Shown: one piece after another, positions 62,363-64,000 of the stretch | How the letters are laid out: every line of letters begins with the position of its first letter | Numbering within the stretch: the first letter of the stretch is position 1 | Source of the DNA: Candidatus Omnitrophota bacterium | GTDB lineage: Bacteria; Omnitrophota; Gorgyraeia; Zapsychrales; Fredricksoniimonadaceae | NCBI GenBank assembly: GCA_030650275.1 | Contig: JAUSEK010000015.1 | Location: 67,834-131,833, forward strand | Direction of reading: 5' to 3' | DNA: 64,000 nucleotides | The notes under the pieces: generated by a model | What the model saw: only the letters and a program-made list of their open reading frames with translations | Database searches by the model: none | What the model was told of the DNA's origin: nothing | Position numbers and translations under genes: made by a program

Positions 62363-63384
62363 AGAACTCATTCGGCCTGACCAAGGTCAAGCATGTCATC
62401 GCCGTCTCTTCCTGCAAAGGCGGGGTGGGCAAATCCACTGTTGCCGCGGGATTTGCGCGTTCTTTATGCCAACAGGGCTTTAAAACAGGACTTTTGGATG
62501 CCGACATCCACGGACCATCCCTTCCAACGCTGTTTAACCTGACCTCCGGCGTTAAGGTCCTTTCCAATGAATTCCGGATGATCGTTCCTGTTGAATCCCA
62601 GGGGCTCAAATTGATGTCCTTTGGTTTTTTGCTGGGGGACGCGCCGGCTGTGATGCGCGGGCCCATCGTCACCCGGTATATCCAGCAGATGATGCTTCAG
62701 ACCGACTGGGGCGAACTGGATTATCTGATCGTTGACATGCCGCCCGGGACAGGGGACGTGCAGTTGACCATCACCCAGTCCGCGCGCCTGACGGGCGCTG
62801 TGATCGTCACCACCCGCCAGACCTTGTCGCTGGTGGACGTGGCGCGCGGGATCCTGATGTTTGAGAAGGTGAGCGTTCCCATTTTAGGCATCGTTGATAA
62901 CATGGCCTATTTTGTCTGCGGATCCTGCCAGACAAAGCATTATCTGTTTGGCGGCGAGCATGCGCTGGAAAAACGTTTCGGCGTCAAGACGCTGGTGGAG
63001 ATCCCGTTGATCGCGGACCTTGCTCTGGAGTCCTATATGGACCAGGGCGCGCAAGCGATGTTGGACGCGGTCAAGGCACAGGCACAGGCCAAAGAGCAGC
63101 TTCCCGAGGTCAGTTTTGACGCAGAGCATATCCATTTGAAATTTGCCGACGGCAGGCAGGTGCAGGTGAAAAATCGCGACCTGCGTTTGAATTGCATGTG
63201 CGCTTTATGCGTGAGTGAATTGACCGGACAGAAATTGATCGCCCCTGCGAAAATACGCCCTGACATTGCTCCCAAAGAAATCGTGCCGCTGGGCAATTAT
63301 GCCTTGAGCATCACATGGAACGACGGCCATTCTTCAGGTATCTATCCCTATTCCATGTTTGAATTATGGGGACACAATACTTAA
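62353..63384 (+). CDS. mrp: Mrp/ApbC (NBP35) Fe-S carrier ATPase fused to DUF971 (HCF101-like)
   Basis: SCKGGVGKST, DADIHGPS, DMPPGTGD, CGSC; C-terminal CMCALC and WNDGHSSGIY. TTG start inferred from SD GGAGGT. Confidence 0.88.
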   Translation: MEIKNSFGLTKVKHVIAVSSCKGGVGKSTVAAGFARSLCQQGFKTGLLDADIHGPSLPTLFNLTSGVKVLSNEFRMIVPVESQGLKLMSFGFLLGDAPAVMRGPIVTRYIQQMMLQTDWGELDYLIVDMPPGTGDVQLTITQSARLTGAVIVTTRQTLSLVDVARGILMFEKVSVPILGIVDNMAYFVCGSCQTKHYLFGGEHALEKRFGVKTLVEIPLIADLALESYMDQGAQAMLDAVKAQAQAKEQLPEVSFDAEHIHLKFADGRQVQVKNRDLRLNCMCALCVSELTGQKLIAPAKIRPDIAPKEIVPLGNYALSITWNDGHSSGIYPYSMFELWGHNT

Positions 63385-63432
63385 TTCCTGATACTTTAAA
63401 CGGTTGAATTAAGTATTGTGTCCCCTTAATTC
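63361..63432. repeat. GGGGACAC-family inverted repeat, copy 2
   Basis: gaattatggggacacaatacttaattc-N18-gaattaagtattgtgtccccttaattc; supplies the last codons and TAA of mrp. Confidence 0.9.
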
Positions 63433-63453
63433 TGTCTGTGATATACTTTCGAC

Positions 63454-64000
63454 ATGGCTAAAAATAAAAAATTAAATATCGCCGCCGCTGAAGAGCTGAA
63501 GATCCTGCGCACTGTGGCGGACATCGCCTCGTCCGAGCTGGACCTGGCCATCACCCTGCACGAGGTCGTCAAGATCGTTACCGCGATGACCGGGGCGGAC
63601 TCTGTTTTCATTTATCTTTTTGACGGAAAAAAAGAGAATTTGGTGCTGATGGCTTCCAAGACCGCGCACCAGAAAGAACTGGGCAAGGTCATTTTGAAGA
63701 TCGGGGAAGGCATCACCGGCTGGGTTGCCCGCGAGAACAAGCCTGTGGCCATCAAAACACACGCTTATAAGGACCCGCGCTTTAAAAGTTTTGACGTTTT
63801 GCCTGAAGACCGCTACGAGGCCTTTTTGTCCGTGCCCATCATCTATAAGGGAAAGGCCATCGGCGTTGTCAATGTCCAGCATAAGCGCCAACAGGATTAT
63901 GCCAGGGCCACGCTCGATCTCATTAAGACCATCGCCAAACAGGTCGGAGGCGTCATTGAACACGCGCGGCTGTATGAAGAGACCAAACAAAAGGCCCTGC
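63454..64000 (+). CDS. GAF-domain protein (partial)
   Basis: My translation: LKIGEGITGWVA, DPRF, FLSVPI, IGVVNVQ, IEHARLYEE; runs off the window. Confidence 0.8.
   Translation, partial: MAKNKKLNIAAAEELKILRTVADIASSELDLAITLHEVVKIVTAMTGADSVFIYLFDGKKENLVLMASKTAHQKELGKVILKIGEGITGWVARENKPVAIKTHAYKDPRFKSFDVLPEDRYEAFLSVPIIYKGKAIGVVNVQHKRQQDYARATLDLIKTIAKQVGGVIEHARLYEETKQKAL

Noticed and set aside
62364-62385. cattcggcctgacc as the missing right arm of REP copy 4
   Set aside because: Weak match lying inside the mrp coding sequence; likely chance

Overview
This window is the replication-origin region of a moderately GC-rich bacterium. Gene content (Tad/Flp pilus genes, split nuo operon, GTAG/TGTCA palindromic repeats) suggests an uncultured PVC-type lineage such as Omnitrophota; this is an inference only. 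The left arm (minus strand) carries a Tad secretin with a fused TonB-C domain, cpaB, a PpiC foldase, mdh, a Nit-family hydrolase, a GST, gyrA, gyrB, dciA, dnaN, oriC and dnaA. The right arm carries rpmH-yidD-yidC-(Jag_N only), with no rnpA, then parS-parAB, yicC-gmk-rpoZ-coaC, three tRNAs, sucCD, nuoA-I, a trehalose cluster with a sensor-fused OtsA, higBA, and the convergent nuoJ-N. An AT-rich 10-kb defence-like island follows (HTH, PLD-SNF2 helicase, frameshifted type IIG-like MTase, HEPN protein, Schlafen/AlbA_2), then an Mrp-DUF971 gene. The most striking unannotated signal is a set of integrase-free mini-cassettes bounded by duplicated host-gene ends: a LAGLIDADG-like gene flanked by a 29-bp copy of the tRNA-Val 3' end, and higBA flanked by a 23-bp copy of the nuoN 3' end. 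Related orphan 5'-end stubs lie upstream of sucC and the AlbA_2 gene. Several REP-like palindrome families sit on stop codons, and one is inserted in frame inside nuoL. All calls are from motif recognition by eye; no database searches were run.
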